From a virus, in IMG/VR virus record IMGVR_UViG_3300045136_000892: DNA of 64,000 nt; one strand, written 5' to 3'. Below the pieces are notes generated by a model. It searched no databases. It saw nothing but the letters and a program-made list of their open reading frames with translations, and had not been told where the DNA came from. Shown piece by piece: positions 47,164 to 57,054 of the stretch (position 1 is the first letter of the stretch; each line of letters starts with the position of its first letter). The translations under genes and the position numbers were made by a program.

Positions 47164-47792
47164 ACGTCCTCCTCCCAGGACATCATGATCGTGAGGCCCG
47201 CGATGCGGCCCGCCTCGCGGCGGTGGAGGGCCTTGAGATTGAAGACCTGCGGCTCGCCCTGGCCCCCGACGGCGTAGAGCCACGTGTAGACGTCGCGACC
47301 CTCCTTCGCGTAGGCGTCGGCCACGACGCGGAGGACATGGGCGAGGCTTTTCTCTTCGCTCCCGAAGTCGAACGCCCAGTCGTGTGCGATGAGGTGCTCA
47401 TAGACGCAGGCCGTGACCGCGACCGGGCAGGTGAATCCTGCTTCCTTGGCGGCCTCGGACACGTCGAGCGTCCCCCCGGCCAAGAACGCGGTACGCCTCT
47501 CTCTATGCTCGTCCTCCCCCGGCTTGGGCCGGCCATCCGGTCTCTCGTAGGTGGCCGATGTCCGCCAGCCCCCCGAGAGGCCGGCCTTTCGTGCGTCGAC
47601 GTAGTCGTGCGGCGAGCAACTGACCCCACTGTTGAGCCAATTCGCGAGTTTCACGAGGTGCTCGAAGATGTGCCCGTCGCGGGGACGGTTCTCGTAGTCC
47701 GTGAGCTCCGCGTCCCAGAGGTACTCGAGGACCTCGGTGATGGCGTCGAACGGGGCATCGCCGTCGATGACCCAGTGATAGATGGCGACCAT
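47160..47792 (-). CDS. Hypothetical protein with DUF6573-like C-terminus
   Basis: AGGAG RBS; DVSEAAKEAGFTCPVAVT paralogous to next gene. Confidence 0.65.
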   Translation of the reverse strand: MVAIYHWVIDGDAPFDAITEVLEYLWDAELTDYENRPRDGHIFEHLVKLANWLNSGVSCSPHDYVDARKAGLSGGWRTSATYERPDGRPKPGEDEHRERRTAFLAGGTLDVSEAAKEAGFTCPVAVTACVYEHLIAHDWAFDFGSEEKSLAHVLRVVADAYAKEGRDVYTWLYAVGGQGEPQVFNLKALHRREAGRIAGLTIMMSWEEDV

Positions 47793-47878
47793 GTTGTTTC
47801 TCCTTTGTTGCGTGCCGCGGTGGTCCCTCGCGTGCGGCAGTTTCCGTTTCACCCCGCCACCACCACGCTTTTTCGGCG

Positions 47879-47930
47879 GGTGGGGGGACCGGGCTTCTTC
47901 GCCCTCCTTGAGAAGCCCGGTCCCCCCACC
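47879..47930. repeat. 20-bp perfect inverted repeat (ssi/Frpo-like candidate)
   Basis: GGTGGGGGGACCGGGCTTCT / AGAAGCCCGGTCCCCCCACC. Confidence 0.6.
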
Positions 47931-48185
47931 TGACGAAAAACGAGGACTGAGCACGGCCGGCAGGCCGTGACGAGAAAGGGCCTCCGTTTCGAGCCGCCTG
48001 CGGGGTAGCGGAGCGGTCGCAAGGGCAGTGGCGGAGAGGATCGGAGCGGACCGATCGTCAGATCGGCACGCCCTTGCCTCCGCGGAGCGGGCGGGATCGC
48101 GTCACCGCTGCAAGAACCTCCAAGAGACCAGGAGGTTTCTGCATTCTCTACCGGCCTGCTCGAGGCGGACCCGAGGCGATTTGCC

Positions 48186-48253
48186 TTGAGCCGGCCGGCA
48201 CATCGTGCGATAATTCCTAGGTACATAGGGATCACTACCTAGGAATCGTTGCA
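48186..48253 (+). promoter_or_regulatory. abiE promoter with inverted-repeat operator
   Basis: TTGAGC-N17-GATAAT; ATTCCTAGGTA..TACCTAGGAAT. Confidence 0.55.
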
Positions 48254-48859
48254 ATGGAGGACGTCACCAAGTTCGACGCTGCCCTGGAGCTCCTGAGGCG
48301 TAGAGGGACGCTCCGTCCACGCGATCTCACCGAGCGAGGCATACCCGCCGACTACCTGGACCGCCTCTACCGGCGGGGGCTCGCCGACCGGGTGGCCCGC
48401 GGGCTCTACGCCTCGCCCGAGGCCGACGTCGGCGAGCACCACAGCCTGGTCGAGGCCCAGAAGCTCGTCCCGGTCGGCGTCGTGTGCCTGCTCTCGGCTC
48501 TCCGCTTCCACGGGATGACGACCCAGTCCCCGAGGGAGGTGTGGCTTGCGCTCCCGAACAAGGCCTGGACGCCGAGGGTCAATACGCCGAGGCTCAAGGT
48601 GGTGCGTTTCTCGGGGCCCGCCCTCACCGAGCTGGTCCACGTGCACGAGCTCGAGAACGTGGCGGTGAAGGTGTACTCACCGGCCAAGACCGTCGCCGAT
48701 GCGTTCAAGTACCGGAACAAGATAGGGCTCGACGTGGCCCTCGAGGCGCTCCGAGACTGCTGGAAGCAGCGGAAGGCCACGATGGACGAGCTCTGGCACG
48801 CCGCGAAGATCTGCCGCATGGAGAACGTCATGCGGCCGTACCTCGAGTCGCTCGCATGA
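48254..48859 (+). CDS. abiEi: Type IV TA antitoxin AbiEi
   Basis: RVARGLY, CLLSALRFHG, AKTVADAFKYRNKIG. Confidence 0.9.
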   Translation: MEDVTKFDAALELLRRRGTLRPRDLTERGIPADYLDRLYRRGLADRVARGLYASPEADVGEHHSLVEAQKLVPVGVVCLLSALRFHGMTTQSPREVWLALPNKAWTPRVNTPRLKVVRFSGPALTELVHVHELENVAVKVYSPAKTVADAFKYRNKIGLDVALEALRDCWKQRKATMDELWHAAKICRMENVMRPYLESLA

Positions 48860-49785
48860 CGAGGAAGAATGTCGCCGCCTCGGTCAAGGAGCGGCTCCTG
48901 AACATGAGCCGGAAGACCGGCGAGGACTTTCAGCGGCTCCTGACCCGCTACGCCGTCGAGCGGCTGCTGTTCCGGCTGTCGGCGTCCGGGCACCGCGACG
49001 CCTTCGTGCTGAAGGGCGCGATGCTATTCGCCCTCTGGACCGGGGAGCTCCACCGGCCGACGCGTGACCTCGACCTACTCGGCTACGGCGACCCGGGCGG
49101 CGAGCGCCTGAGGCGAGTCCTCGCAGAGGTGTGCCGCGTGGAGGTCTCCGATGACGGGCTCCGATTCGACGCGGAGTCGGTCACGGTCGATCCCATCCGC
49201 GAGGACCAGGAGTACGGCGGGCAGCGGGCGCGGATCGAGGCTAAGCTCGGGCAGGCGCGCATCGACCTCCAGGTTGACGTTGGCTTCGGGGACGCCGTCA
49301 CGCCGCCCGCCGAGGAGGTCGACTTCCCGACGATCCTCGACATGGATGCACCGAGGCTCCGCGCGTATCCCAGGGAGACGGTCGTCGCCGAGAAGCTCGA
49401 GGCCTTGGTGAAGCTCGGACTCGCAAACTCCCGTATGAAGGACTTCTACGACCTCTTCGTCATGGCCAACACGTTCCCGTTCGAGGGGGAGCTCCTCTCA
49501 CGGGCGATCACGAACACCTTCGAACGACGCTCGACCGCGTTCCCGAAGGGGATGCCCATAGGCTTGACCGACGCCTTCGCCCGAGAGGAGTCGAAGATGA
49601 AGCAGTGGCATGCGTTCATCAACAGGAGCGGGCTCTATGCCGCGGGGGAACTTGAGGAGGTGCTGAGGAGGCTCTCCGTGTTCCTCCTCCCGCCGCTCGA
49701 TCACGCATCAAGCGGCGAGCCGTTCACACGCTCTTGGGTGCCTGAGTCGGGGTGGGGCAAGCAGCTCCCGGGGGAGGGGCGATGA
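48856..49785 (+). CDS. abiEii: AbiEii nucleotidyltransferase toxin
   Basis: LKGA, RPTRDLD, AEK, SRMKDFYD. Confidence 0.9.
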   Translation: MTRKNVAASVKERLLNMSRKTGEDFQRLLTRYAVERLLFRLSASGHRDAFVLKGAMLFALWTGELHRPTRDLDLLGYGDPGGERLRRVLAEVCRVEVSDDGLRFDAESVTVDPIREDQEYGGQRARIEAKLGQARIDLQVDVGFGDAVTPPAEEVDFPTILDMDAPRLRAYPRETVVAEKLEALVKLGLANSRMKDFYDLFVMANTFPFEGELLSRAITNTFERRSTAFPKGMPIGLTDAFAREESKMKQWHAFINRSGLYAAGELEEVLRRLSVFLLPPLDHASSGEPFTRSWVPESGWGKQLPGEGR

Positions 49786-50368
49786 TCGACAGCTTCGAGC
49801 GTCACGACCTGGACGGCGAGCACGCGTTCTACTCGGGAGGCTCCCCGCACACCTCGCCGTGGACGCGGAGGGCTTCGTGCGGCTCTGGTCGCTCCTCCCC
49901 GAGGAATACCAGGAGATCACGATGCACGGCCGCCTCGTGAAGCTGCCCCGCTGGCAGCGGGCCTACGGCCGGGACTACCGCTTCTCGGGGCGCCTGAGCG
50001 AGTCACTGCCCGTCCCGCCGCCCCTAGAGCCGCTCCTCGCCTGGGCTAAGGCGTCGTTCCACGGGCGGCTCAACGGGCTCCTGCTCAACTGGTACGACGG
50101 CACGCTCGGCCACTACATCGGCCCGCACAACGACAGCATCAAACGCATGGTCGTGGGCGCCCCGATCGTCACGGTCTCGCTCGGGCAAACTCGCGTGTTC
50201 CGGCTGACGCTCCCTGGTTCGAAGACGCGGCGCGACTTCCCGGCGACGGACGGCACCGTCTTCGTCATGCCCTACGACACGAATCTCGCCTGGAAGCACG
50301 AGGTGCCGAAGTCGGCGAAGGCTAAGGGACGCCGCATCTCGGTGACCGTGCGGGCCTTCCAGGATTGA
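49782..50368 (+). pseudogene. AlkB-family 2OG-Fe(II) dioxygenase, frameshift near 49835
   Basis: PRWQRAYG, LLNWY, HND, WKHEVPK, RISVTVR; coupled ATG 49782 is one base out of frame. Confidence 0.75.
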
Positions 50369-50565
50369 ACGCTGTTTGCGTCGCAGGGACGCGTGAGGCC
50401 TGCCGATCGGCCGTGTCACACGCGATGCTTCGACTCGGCGGTCGAACGGATTGTACCGTTGGGTCGTGTGCAAACTGCCCGCCGGGCGGGAAGGGTTAGG
50501 GCTCGTGCTCGATGCGTTCGAAGTTCCCGGCCGCACGGAGGTGGCCCGACAGGTCACCTCAAATT

Positions 50566-50617
50566 GTCAAGTTTACGAGCAAAAAAACTTGACTTCTGGC
50601 GAGCCGGAAGCGATCTT
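50566..50617 (+). promoter_or_regulatory. Promoter/operator of second TA pair
   Basis: GTCAAGTTT..AAACTTGAC overlapping TTGACT. Confidence 0.45.
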
Positions 50618-50624
50618 AGAGGGT

Positions 50625-51389
50625 ATGGAGAAGCACGCGGAACACCACCAGACGCTGAGCGCGGCCGACCGGGTCCGCAGGGCGATCGACGGGGGCGGGG
50701 AGCGGGTCTGGTCCGTCCAGGACTTCCCGAAGCTGCCGTTTCCGGCCGTAGCCCAGACGCTCTCGCGCCTCGCCCGGGCGGGCGAGCTCCAGCGAGTCTC
50801 GAAGGGGCTCTACTACCGCCCGCGAAAGACTGCATTCGGCATGAGCCGCCCCAATCCGGAGCTGCTTAGGGAGAAGGGAGCCAGGACGCGCGCGGTGTTC
50901 CCCTCGGGGCTGACCGCGGCGAATCAGCTGGGATTCAGCACGCAGGTGCCCGCCGTCGAGGAGGTTGCGACGACTCGGGGGAGCTTGCCACGAACGATGG
51001 TGGGGCAGAGAGCCCGCGTCCACACCCGTCGGCCCGCTGCGTGGGCGAAGCTCTCCGAGCGGGAGGGCGCCCTTCTGGACCTGATCAGGAGGCGAGCCCA
51101 GACGAGCGAACTTTCGCCGGAGGAGACGATCGCAAGGCTCCTCTCGCTCTTGAGAGAAGGAGGGATGTTCGAGCGGCTCGTCCGCGTCGCGAAGCACGAG
51201 CCCCCGCGGGTGCGTGCCATGCTCGGGGCCCTGGGCGAAGAGCTCGGGAAGGACGGGAAGACGCTCGAGAAGCTGAGAACGAGCCTGAACCCGCTCACGA
51301 GGTTCGATTTCGGCCTCCTCTCAGCGCTCAAATCGGCTAAGGAATGGCAAGCGAAGGAGTGCAGGACGGATGAGACTCTTCGAGCATGA
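50625..51389 (+). CDS. DUF6088/AbiEi-like antitoxin
   Basis: LSRLARAGELQRVSKGLYYRP, AANQLGFSTQVP. Confidence 0.85.
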   Translation: MEKHAEHHQTLSAADRVRRAIDGGGERVWSVQDFPKLPFPAVAQTLSRLARAGELQRVSKGLYYRPRKTAFGMSRPNPELLREKGARTRAVFPSGLTAANQLGFSTQVPAVEEVATTRGSLPRTMVGQRARVHTRRPAAWAKLSEREGALLDLIRRRAQTSELSPEETIARLLSLLREGGMFERLVRVAKHEPPRVRAMLGALGEELGKDGKTLEKLRTSLNPLTRFDFGLLSALKSAKEWQAKECRTDETLRA

Positions 51390-52326
51390 GGATTTCGAGC
51401 AACTGCTCCTAGCGGCCGCGGAACACTTCGGATCGTCGGGGCTCTCGGCGTCCGCGATCGAGAAGGACTACTACGTCACCGAAGCATTGAGGCTCATCGC
51501 CCAGGCGTACGGCCCGAAGGTCATCTTCAAGGGCGGTACGAGCTTGTCCAAAGGGTGGGGGCTCATCCAACGCTTCTCCGAGGACATCGACATCTTCCTC
51601 GACCCCGAGGCGTACACCCCGAAGCTCGGGAAGCGACCGATCGACCGAGAGCTCGAGAAGCTGCGGGACACGGTCGCCGCCCACCCGGGTCTCCACCTCG
51701 TCGTCGAAGACAGCAGGAAGATCGGCGGCATCGGACGCGACGACCACTTCGAATACAGGCAGCTCTTCCCGGGGAGCTTGAGGCCCCGCGTGCTGGTCGA
51801 GGCGGGGACCGCGAGCGGCCGGCAGCCGACCGAGGACTTGCAGCTCGATTCGTACGCGGCCGCGTTCCTGCGAGAGACCGGAAACTCGGTCGGGGCCGAG
51901 GACGAGGCGCCGTTCACGATGCGGCTCCTCCACTTCCGACGGACCTTCGTCGAGAAGCTCTTCACGATCCACGGAAAGATCGAGCAGTACCTCAAAGGCG
52001 GGAAGCCCCTCGGCACCTACGCGAGGCACTACTACGACCTCTACAGGCTCGCCCAGAGGGACGAGGTGAGGGCGATGCTCAACTCGCGCGAGTACGACGA
52101 GCTTCGCATCGACTACGACCGCCTGAGCCGTGCCCACTTCCCGAAGTACTACCTGCCGCCCGAGGGGATGCGCTTCAACGAGAGCGCCGCCATCTTCCCG
52201 AGCGGGGCGCTCAAGGACATGGTCGCTCGCGAGTACAGGGCCCAGTGCGAGCTGCTCTGCTTCGGGGGGTATCCGGAGTGGGAGGAGGTCGAGCGGTGTC
52301 TTGTTGGGCTTCAGAACCTGCTCTAA
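51370..52326 (+). CDS. AbiEii/AbiGii nucleotidyltransferase toxin
   Basis: IEKDYY, FKGGTSLSK, RFSEDID, EKL, ARHYYD. Confidence 0.9.
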   Translation: MRLFEHEDFEQLLLAAAEHFGSSGLSASAIEKDYYVTEALRLIAQAYGPKVIFKGGTSLSKGWGLIQRFSEDIDIFLDPEAYTPKLGKRPIDRELEKLRDTVAAHPGLHLVVEDSRKIGGIGRDDHFEYRQLFPGSLRPRVLVEAGTASGRQPTEDLQLDSYAAAFLRETGNSVGAEDEAPFTMRLLHFRRTFVEKLFTIHGKIEQYLKGGKPLGTYARHYYDLYRLAQRDEVRAMLNSREYDELRIDYDRLSRAHFPKYYLPPEGMRFNESAAIFPSGALKDMVAREYRAQCELLCFGGYPEWEEVERCLVGLQNLL

Positions 52327-52454
52327 CCAATCGTGTGAACGGGGACGTGAAAAGAGGAGCTGACCACCTTGTGGCTCCCATGGGGCGCGAGAACACCATG
52401 GAGATACAGGTCGGCAATTCTGACCTGTCCCCGCCGATGATGCCAACGACTTTG

Positions 52455-52700
52455 TCAGTGCCCCGGCCCGGCCATAGACGCCGCGCCGAGCGGCGCAGCT
52501 CCGAGCGCCGTCGTCCACGGCACGATCGCCTCGGGCGCCGGCGGGCGGTACTTCAGGTTGCTGTGGGGGGAGATGGTGTTGTGCCCGACCTGCCCCCGCT
52601 CGGTCAGCACCTTCGCCTCCAGCAGGGTGTCGAGGACCTCGCCGTCCAGGAACTCGCCGGAGAGCTGGCCGTTGAACGACTCGATGTACCCGTCCGCAAC
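52455..52700 (-). pseudogene. IS3-family transposase C-terminal remnant
   Basis: GYIESFNG..LLEAKVL..PHSNLKYRPPAPE. Confidence 0.8.
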
Positions 52701-52925
52701 CTCTCCGCGTTCTTTCACGCCTTCCTCAGGCGGCCGATCAGGGGTAAGACACGTCAAATAGAGAGCTTACGTCGTCCCGCCGGGGATGACTCGTCCTGAA
52801 ATACAACCACTGGACAAAAAATCAGAAAAATCTGTCCGGCGATAGCTCGATGCGTCGAGACGACCGAGGATAAGAGATGCCGGCACCGGATTGAAGCTTC
52901 AAAAGGTTGAGAGGGCTGGGGTTTC

Positions 52926-53579
52926 ATGGCAGCGACCGACCCCGTCAGTGAGGCGGATTTGGAATCCGCCTTTCGCGACGATCCCGACTTTGCCATTGAA
53001 CTCCTCGACGCCGATTATCAGGAGCATATCCTTCGCTATATAAAGCGAGAAACCTATGGGCTGCTCGATCCTCACGAGCTGTTGGTCGCCTATCAAGAGA
53101 CCATGCTTGCAATGATCGTGCTGGCCCGGAGGCCGGGGTTTGATCCTCAGCGTCCCCTGAGGATGGTGCAGTCGATCGCGCGCAATAAGGGGATGGACCT
53201 CCTGCGCGAGCACGGTCACAGCGTGAACACCAACGAGGACGCGATTCTCGACGCGGTAGCCGCAGACCTCAAGAACACCGACCTCGGCTTCGAGTGGCGA
53301 CTGAACATCGCACCGGCGGAGGCCAAGGAGTTCCGGGTGGTCCTCCTGGAGATCATCCAGACCCTTCCCCACCGCCAGCGGATCGTCGCTCGGTGTTTCG
53401 TCGACCACTTCGAGGACTTTCGCGAACGCGACACCTATCGCCCCCTGGCGGAGGCGGTCGGCGCCGTCACCGGCAAGACGGAGAGCGTCGCCGCCGTGAA
53501 GAGCGACTGGCGTTTCGCGCGAGAGAAGATCGCCGCGGCCCTCACCAAACGCGGCTACTCGTTCATCCCCGTGGAGTGA
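52926..53579 (+). CDS. Sigma70/ECF-like factor
   Basis: Region 2-like (YQETML..IARNKGMDLLR) and region 4-like (LPHRQR..AAVKSDWRFAREKI) segments. Confidence 0.7.
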   Translation: MAATDPVSEADLESAFRDDPDFAIELLDADYQEHILRYIKRETYGLLDPHELLVAYQETMLAMIVLARRPGFDPQRPLRMVQSIARNKGMDLLREHGHSVNTNEDAILDAVAADLKNTDLGFEWRLNIAPAEAKEFRVVLLEIIQTLPHRQRIVARCFVDHFEDFRERDTYRPLAEAVGAVTGKTESVAAVKSDWRFAREKIAAALTKRGYSFIPVE

Positions 53580-53582
53580 CTC

Positions 53583-53981
53583 ATGAGCGCAGGGGGCAAG
53601 CGAGAGCGGGAAGAGCGGGCATTGGACGCTCTGCTCGTCTCGGCACTCCGGCGAGCTGATAAGGACGACGAGGTGATCGACCCAGATCGACTGCCTCAGC
53701 TCACGGACGAGGAGAAGGCGGCGATGAGATCCCTCGGCAGCGATTTCGTCAAACGCCTCCTGGCCGGCGAACGCCCGCTGGAGGCGAAACCGGAACAGCG
53801 ACAACGGGAATCGTGCGATGAGGAGGATGCTCTCGCCCTCGCGGGCAGCGGAGCGGATTGGGGCCTGAACCGCGCCGAGGAGATCGATGGAGAGACAGCG
53901 GAGGAACTCGAGCGGCGCAAACGGGAGATACTCGAGCGCCGGGCCCGTGAACGGAAGGAAGGAGGCGGTGAGGACGCCTGA
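53583..53981 (+). CDS. Charged hypothetical protein (anti-sigma/peptidase substrate candidate)
   Basis: Tightly coupled between sigma-like gene and peptidase. Confidence 0.6.
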   Translation: MSAGGKREREERALDALLVSALRRADKDDEVIDPDRLPQLTDEEKAAMRSLGSDFVKRLLAGERPLEAKPEQRQRESCDEEDALALAGSGADWGLNRAEEIDGETAEELERRKREILERRARERKEGGGEDA

Positions 53982-54792
53982 CATCGAGAACTTCGCCAAG
54001 TCGACGCTCATCGCGCTCGACATGTGGCGACTACCGGTCAATCCCTTCGCCATCGTCAAGGAGGAAGGGATTGAGCTTGCCCCCGGCAGGTACGGTCCGA
54101 AGTTCGACGCGAGGATCGAGTTCGTCGGCGCGGAGAGGGCCTTCATCCTCTACTACCGGACCGCACAGCACGGACGCACCGAGAGCCGGGTCAGATTCTC
54201 ACTCGCCCATGAGCTCGCGCACTTCTACCTCCCATCCCACCGGGAGTATCTGCTCAGCGGGCGCAGCCACAACTCGGTTATCGACTTCCGCTCGAGAAAC
54301 CCTCGCGAGAACGAGGCGGACGAGTTCGCGTCGGCCCTGCTCATGCCGCGAGAGCTCTTCCTCGCCGAGATGGACAAGAGACGACGAAGCTTCTGGACCC
54401 TCTCCGACCTATGCAGACTGGCCGACGAGGAGTTCCAGACATCGGTGACCAGCACCGTCAGGCGTTACTGCCAGTTCGACTTCGAGCCGTGCGCCATGGT
54501 CGTCAGCGAGGCCAACCGGGTCAACTGGGCCTGGCATTCCGACAGCATGAGGGCGCTCGGCATGTCCCACGTCCCGGCGGGTAGCCGGGTGCCGGGTACG
54601 AGTCGAACCGCCGGGCTTTGGAAGCGGCTCGAGGGCAGCGACTCCCTCGACGCGGTCGGCGGCTTGGTCCCCGCGCAGGCCTGGTACGAGCGACCGTACC
54701 GCGAAGAGTTGTGGGAAGAGGCGATGCCCCTGGGCTACACCGGCCTCGTCCTGACCTACCTGACCCTGCAGGATCCAGGGAGCGACGACTGA
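53968..54792 (+). CDS. ImmA/IrrE (CapP-like) metallopeptidase
   Basis: GGAGG RBS; RFSLAHELAH, ENEADEFASALLMP, C-terminal GAF-like region. Confidence 0.9.
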   Translation: MRTPDIENFAKSTLIALDMWRLPVNPFAIVKEEGIELAPGRYGPKFDARIEFVGAERAFILYYRTAQHGRTESRVRFSLAHELAHFYLPSHREYLLSGRSHNSVIDFRSRNPRENEADEFASALLMPRELFLAEMDKRRRSFWTLSDLCRLADEEFQTSVTSTVRRYCQFDFEPCAMVVSEANRVNWAWHSDSMRALGMSHVPAGSRVPGTSRTAGLWKRLEGSDSLDAVGGLVPAQAWYERPYREELWEEAMPLGYTGLVLTYLTLQDPGSDD

Positions 54793-54971
54793 GCCGGGCC
54801 AAGGACAGGGCCCCGAGAGAAAAACCGAAATCCATAGCACGATGCGCGGTCTGCCCCGAGGTCATGTGTAGAGGACTCGGCTGAGCCAGCCGGCCCGACA
54901 ACAGGCGTCGCCACTCCCAGCGCGGGAGTGGCACGCACGTCGACCCAATGATGCTGCCGAGAGGGGTTACC

Positions 54972-55238
54972 ATGACCGCCGTCGCTGCTCAGCTCGCCCG
55001 TGAGGACAAGCCCCACGGGCCCATGTTCAACGTCAACATCGAGGGCAAGGAGTACGCCTGGGACCGCGAGACCATCACGGTCCCGGAGATCCGCGCCCTC
55101 GGCTCGCTGCCCTCGGACACCCCGGTGCTGGAGATCAACCTCCAGGACAACACCGAGCGGACGCTGGCCGAGAACGAGGTGGTCGAGCTCAAGCCCGGTC
55201 ACGGCTTCGCCAAGAAGGTCCGCTTCCAGCGGGGGTGA
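54972..55238 (+). CDS. Multi-ubiquitin-family Ubl
   Basis: VNIEGKEY..ITVPEIRAL..VVELKPG; ends in FQRG. Confidence 0.8.
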   Translation: MTAVAAQLAREDKPHGPMFNVNIEGKEYAWDRETITVPEIRALGSLPSDTPVLEINLQDNTERTLAENEVVELKPGHGFAKKVRFQRG

Positions 55239-55243
55239 GGCCG

Positions 55244-55645
55244 ATGACCGAGCGCATCGCCAGAGAGATGGAGCTCCTCCGCTCGGTGTTCCCGGACGCC
55301 GAGTACCACGAGGTCGAAGGCGGCTGGATCCGCATCCCGCGGTATACGGTCCAGCACGGGGGCTGGGCACCGGGCGTGGTGGAGGTCTGCTTCCAGGTGC
55401 CCGCCGGGTACCCGGGAAACGCCCCCTACGCGTTCTGGGTCTCGCCCCCGCTCCGGCTCGCGGCCGACAACCGCGCCCCCGTCAACAACTACCAGGAGCC
55501 TTCGCCCACCCCGCTGCCCGGGACCTGGGCGAAGTTCTCCTGGTCGCACCTCGACTCGTGGCAACCCGGGCCGGAGCCGGAGTCCGGAAGCAACTTCCTG
55601 AACTTCGTGCTGTCGTTCCGCGACCGCTTCGGGGAGGGGCCCTAA
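55244..55645 (+). CDS. Prokaryotic E2-like protein
   Basis: GW..VPAGYP..PY.FWV..WAKFSWSH. Confidence 0.75.
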   Translation: MTERIAREMELLRSVFPDAEYHEVEGGWIRIPRYTVQHGGWAPGVVEVCFQVPAGYPGNAPYAFWVSPPLRLAADNRAPVNNYQEPSPTPLPGTWAKFSWSHLDSWQPGPEPESGSNFLNFVLSFRDRFGEGP

Positions 55646-55646
55646 C

Positions 55647-56186
55647 GTGAAAGTGACACTCGACCTCGGCGGTGGGCTCAAGAGACGCCTCTGGGCCCAC
55701 CTGCTTCAGAATGAGTTGGAACAGGCGGCCTTCGTGTTCTCGAAGGTCGACTCCGGCAACGGGTCGGTCGTGTTCAAGCCCCAGGTCGTCTACCTCGTGC
55801 CGCCGCAGGACTTCGACGTCCATACCGGCTACCACATCGAGCTCGCCGACCACGTTCGGCCGAGAGTCATCAAGCAGGCCTGGGACTCGGGAACCGCGAT
55901 CGTCGAATTCCACTCGCACCCGACCGAGAGCCGGCAGGCGACGTTCTCCGGCAGCGACCTGTCCGGCTTCGAGGAGTTCGTGCCTCACTGCCGGTGGCGT
56001 CTGCGGGGGAAGCCCTACCTGGCCGTCCTAGTCAACCCGATCAGCGTCGACTCCATGGCGTGGGTCGACGACTCGCCGTCGCCGGTGCCCCTGGATGTCA
56101 TCCGCCTGGGCTGGTTCAGGAAGATGGTCCCGACCGGCCGGACTTTGGACGCGATGCGCGCGGAGGGGGTGAAGCGTGGACCTTGA
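55647..56186 (+). CDS. JAB/JAMM peptidase
   Basis: E..EFHSHP..FSGSD. Confidence 0.8.
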   Translation: MKVTLDLGGGLKRRLWAHLLQNELEQAAFVFSKVDSGNGSVVFKPQVVYLVPPQDFDVHTGYHIELADHVRPRVIKQAWDSGTAIVEFHSHPTESRQATFSGSDLSGFEEFVPHCRWRLRGKPYLAVLVNPISVDSMAWVDDSPSPVPLDVIRLGWFRKMVPTGRTLDAMRAEGVKRGP

Positions 56187-57054
56187 GCGGTTCGACCGGC
56201 ACCTCATGCTCTTCGGCCGCGAGGGCCAGGAGAGGCTCGCGGCGACCCGGGTCGCGATCGTCGGTCTGGGCGGGACCGGGTCCCACGTCGCCCAGCAGCT
56301 CGCCTACCTCGGCGTGCGGAGCTACGCGCTCATCGACGCCGATCGCGTCTCGAAGTCGAACCTCAATCGCCTGATCGGGGCCACGGAGCTCGACCTCGGG
56401 AAGCCCGAGGCGAAGGTGGACGTGGCGGCCCGAGGGATCCTCTCGGTCGAGCCCGACGCCGACGTTTCGCCGGTGCCGGACTCATTCGTCTCCGAGGCCG
56501 GGGAGGCCGCGTTGGGCGGGAGCCAGGTCATCTTCGGCTGCGTCGACCGCGACGGCGCGCGGCTGCTGCTCACGGAATTCGCCTGCGCCTACGACCGGCC
56601 GTATTTCGACCTGGCGACCGACACCTACAAGGACGAGTCGCACGTCGGCTTCGGGGGCCGGCTGATGATCCGCAAGTACGCGGGTGGGTGCCCCTATTGC
56701 CTCGACCTGCTGGACCCTGAAGCCGTCCAGCGCGACCTAACCTCGCCTGAACGCCGGGAGGAGGAGGCGGCAATGTATGGGGTCCGCCGGGAGGCTCTCG
56801 GCGACGGCGGCCCCTCCGTGGTCTCGCTCAACGGGATCCTGGCCTCGATCGCCGTCATGGAGTTCATGCTGCTGGTGACCGGGGCGATCAGGGCGCCCAA
56901 GCGTCTGCTCCGATACGACGGCATCCGCGGGATCGTGAACGAGTCGAAGGACCAACCGCGCGCGGGCTGCCCCTACTGCAGCCAGGCGGGCATGGGAGAT
57001 GCCCTGGATTGGGCCAGGCACATCCGCGCGGGCCTAGGGCGGTGGGTACGATGA
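56176..57054 (+). CDS. ThiF/E1-like adenylyltransferase
   Basis: GLGGTGS, DADRVSKSNLNR, GCVD, two CPYC motifs. Confidence 0.9.
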   Translation: MDLERFDRHLMLFGREGQERLAATRVAIVGLGGTGSHVAQQLAYLGVRSYALIDADRVSKSNLNRLIGATELDLGKPEAKVDVAARGILSVEPDADVSPVPDSFVSEAGEAALGGSQVIFGCVDRDGARLLLTEFACAYDRPYFDLATDTYKDESHVGFGGRLMIRKYAGGCPYCLDLLDPEAVQRDLTSPERREEEAAMYGVRREALGDGGPSVVSLNGILASIAVMEFMLLVTGAIRAPKRLLRYDGIRGIVNESKDQPRAGCPYCSQAGMGDALDWARHIRAGLGRWVR

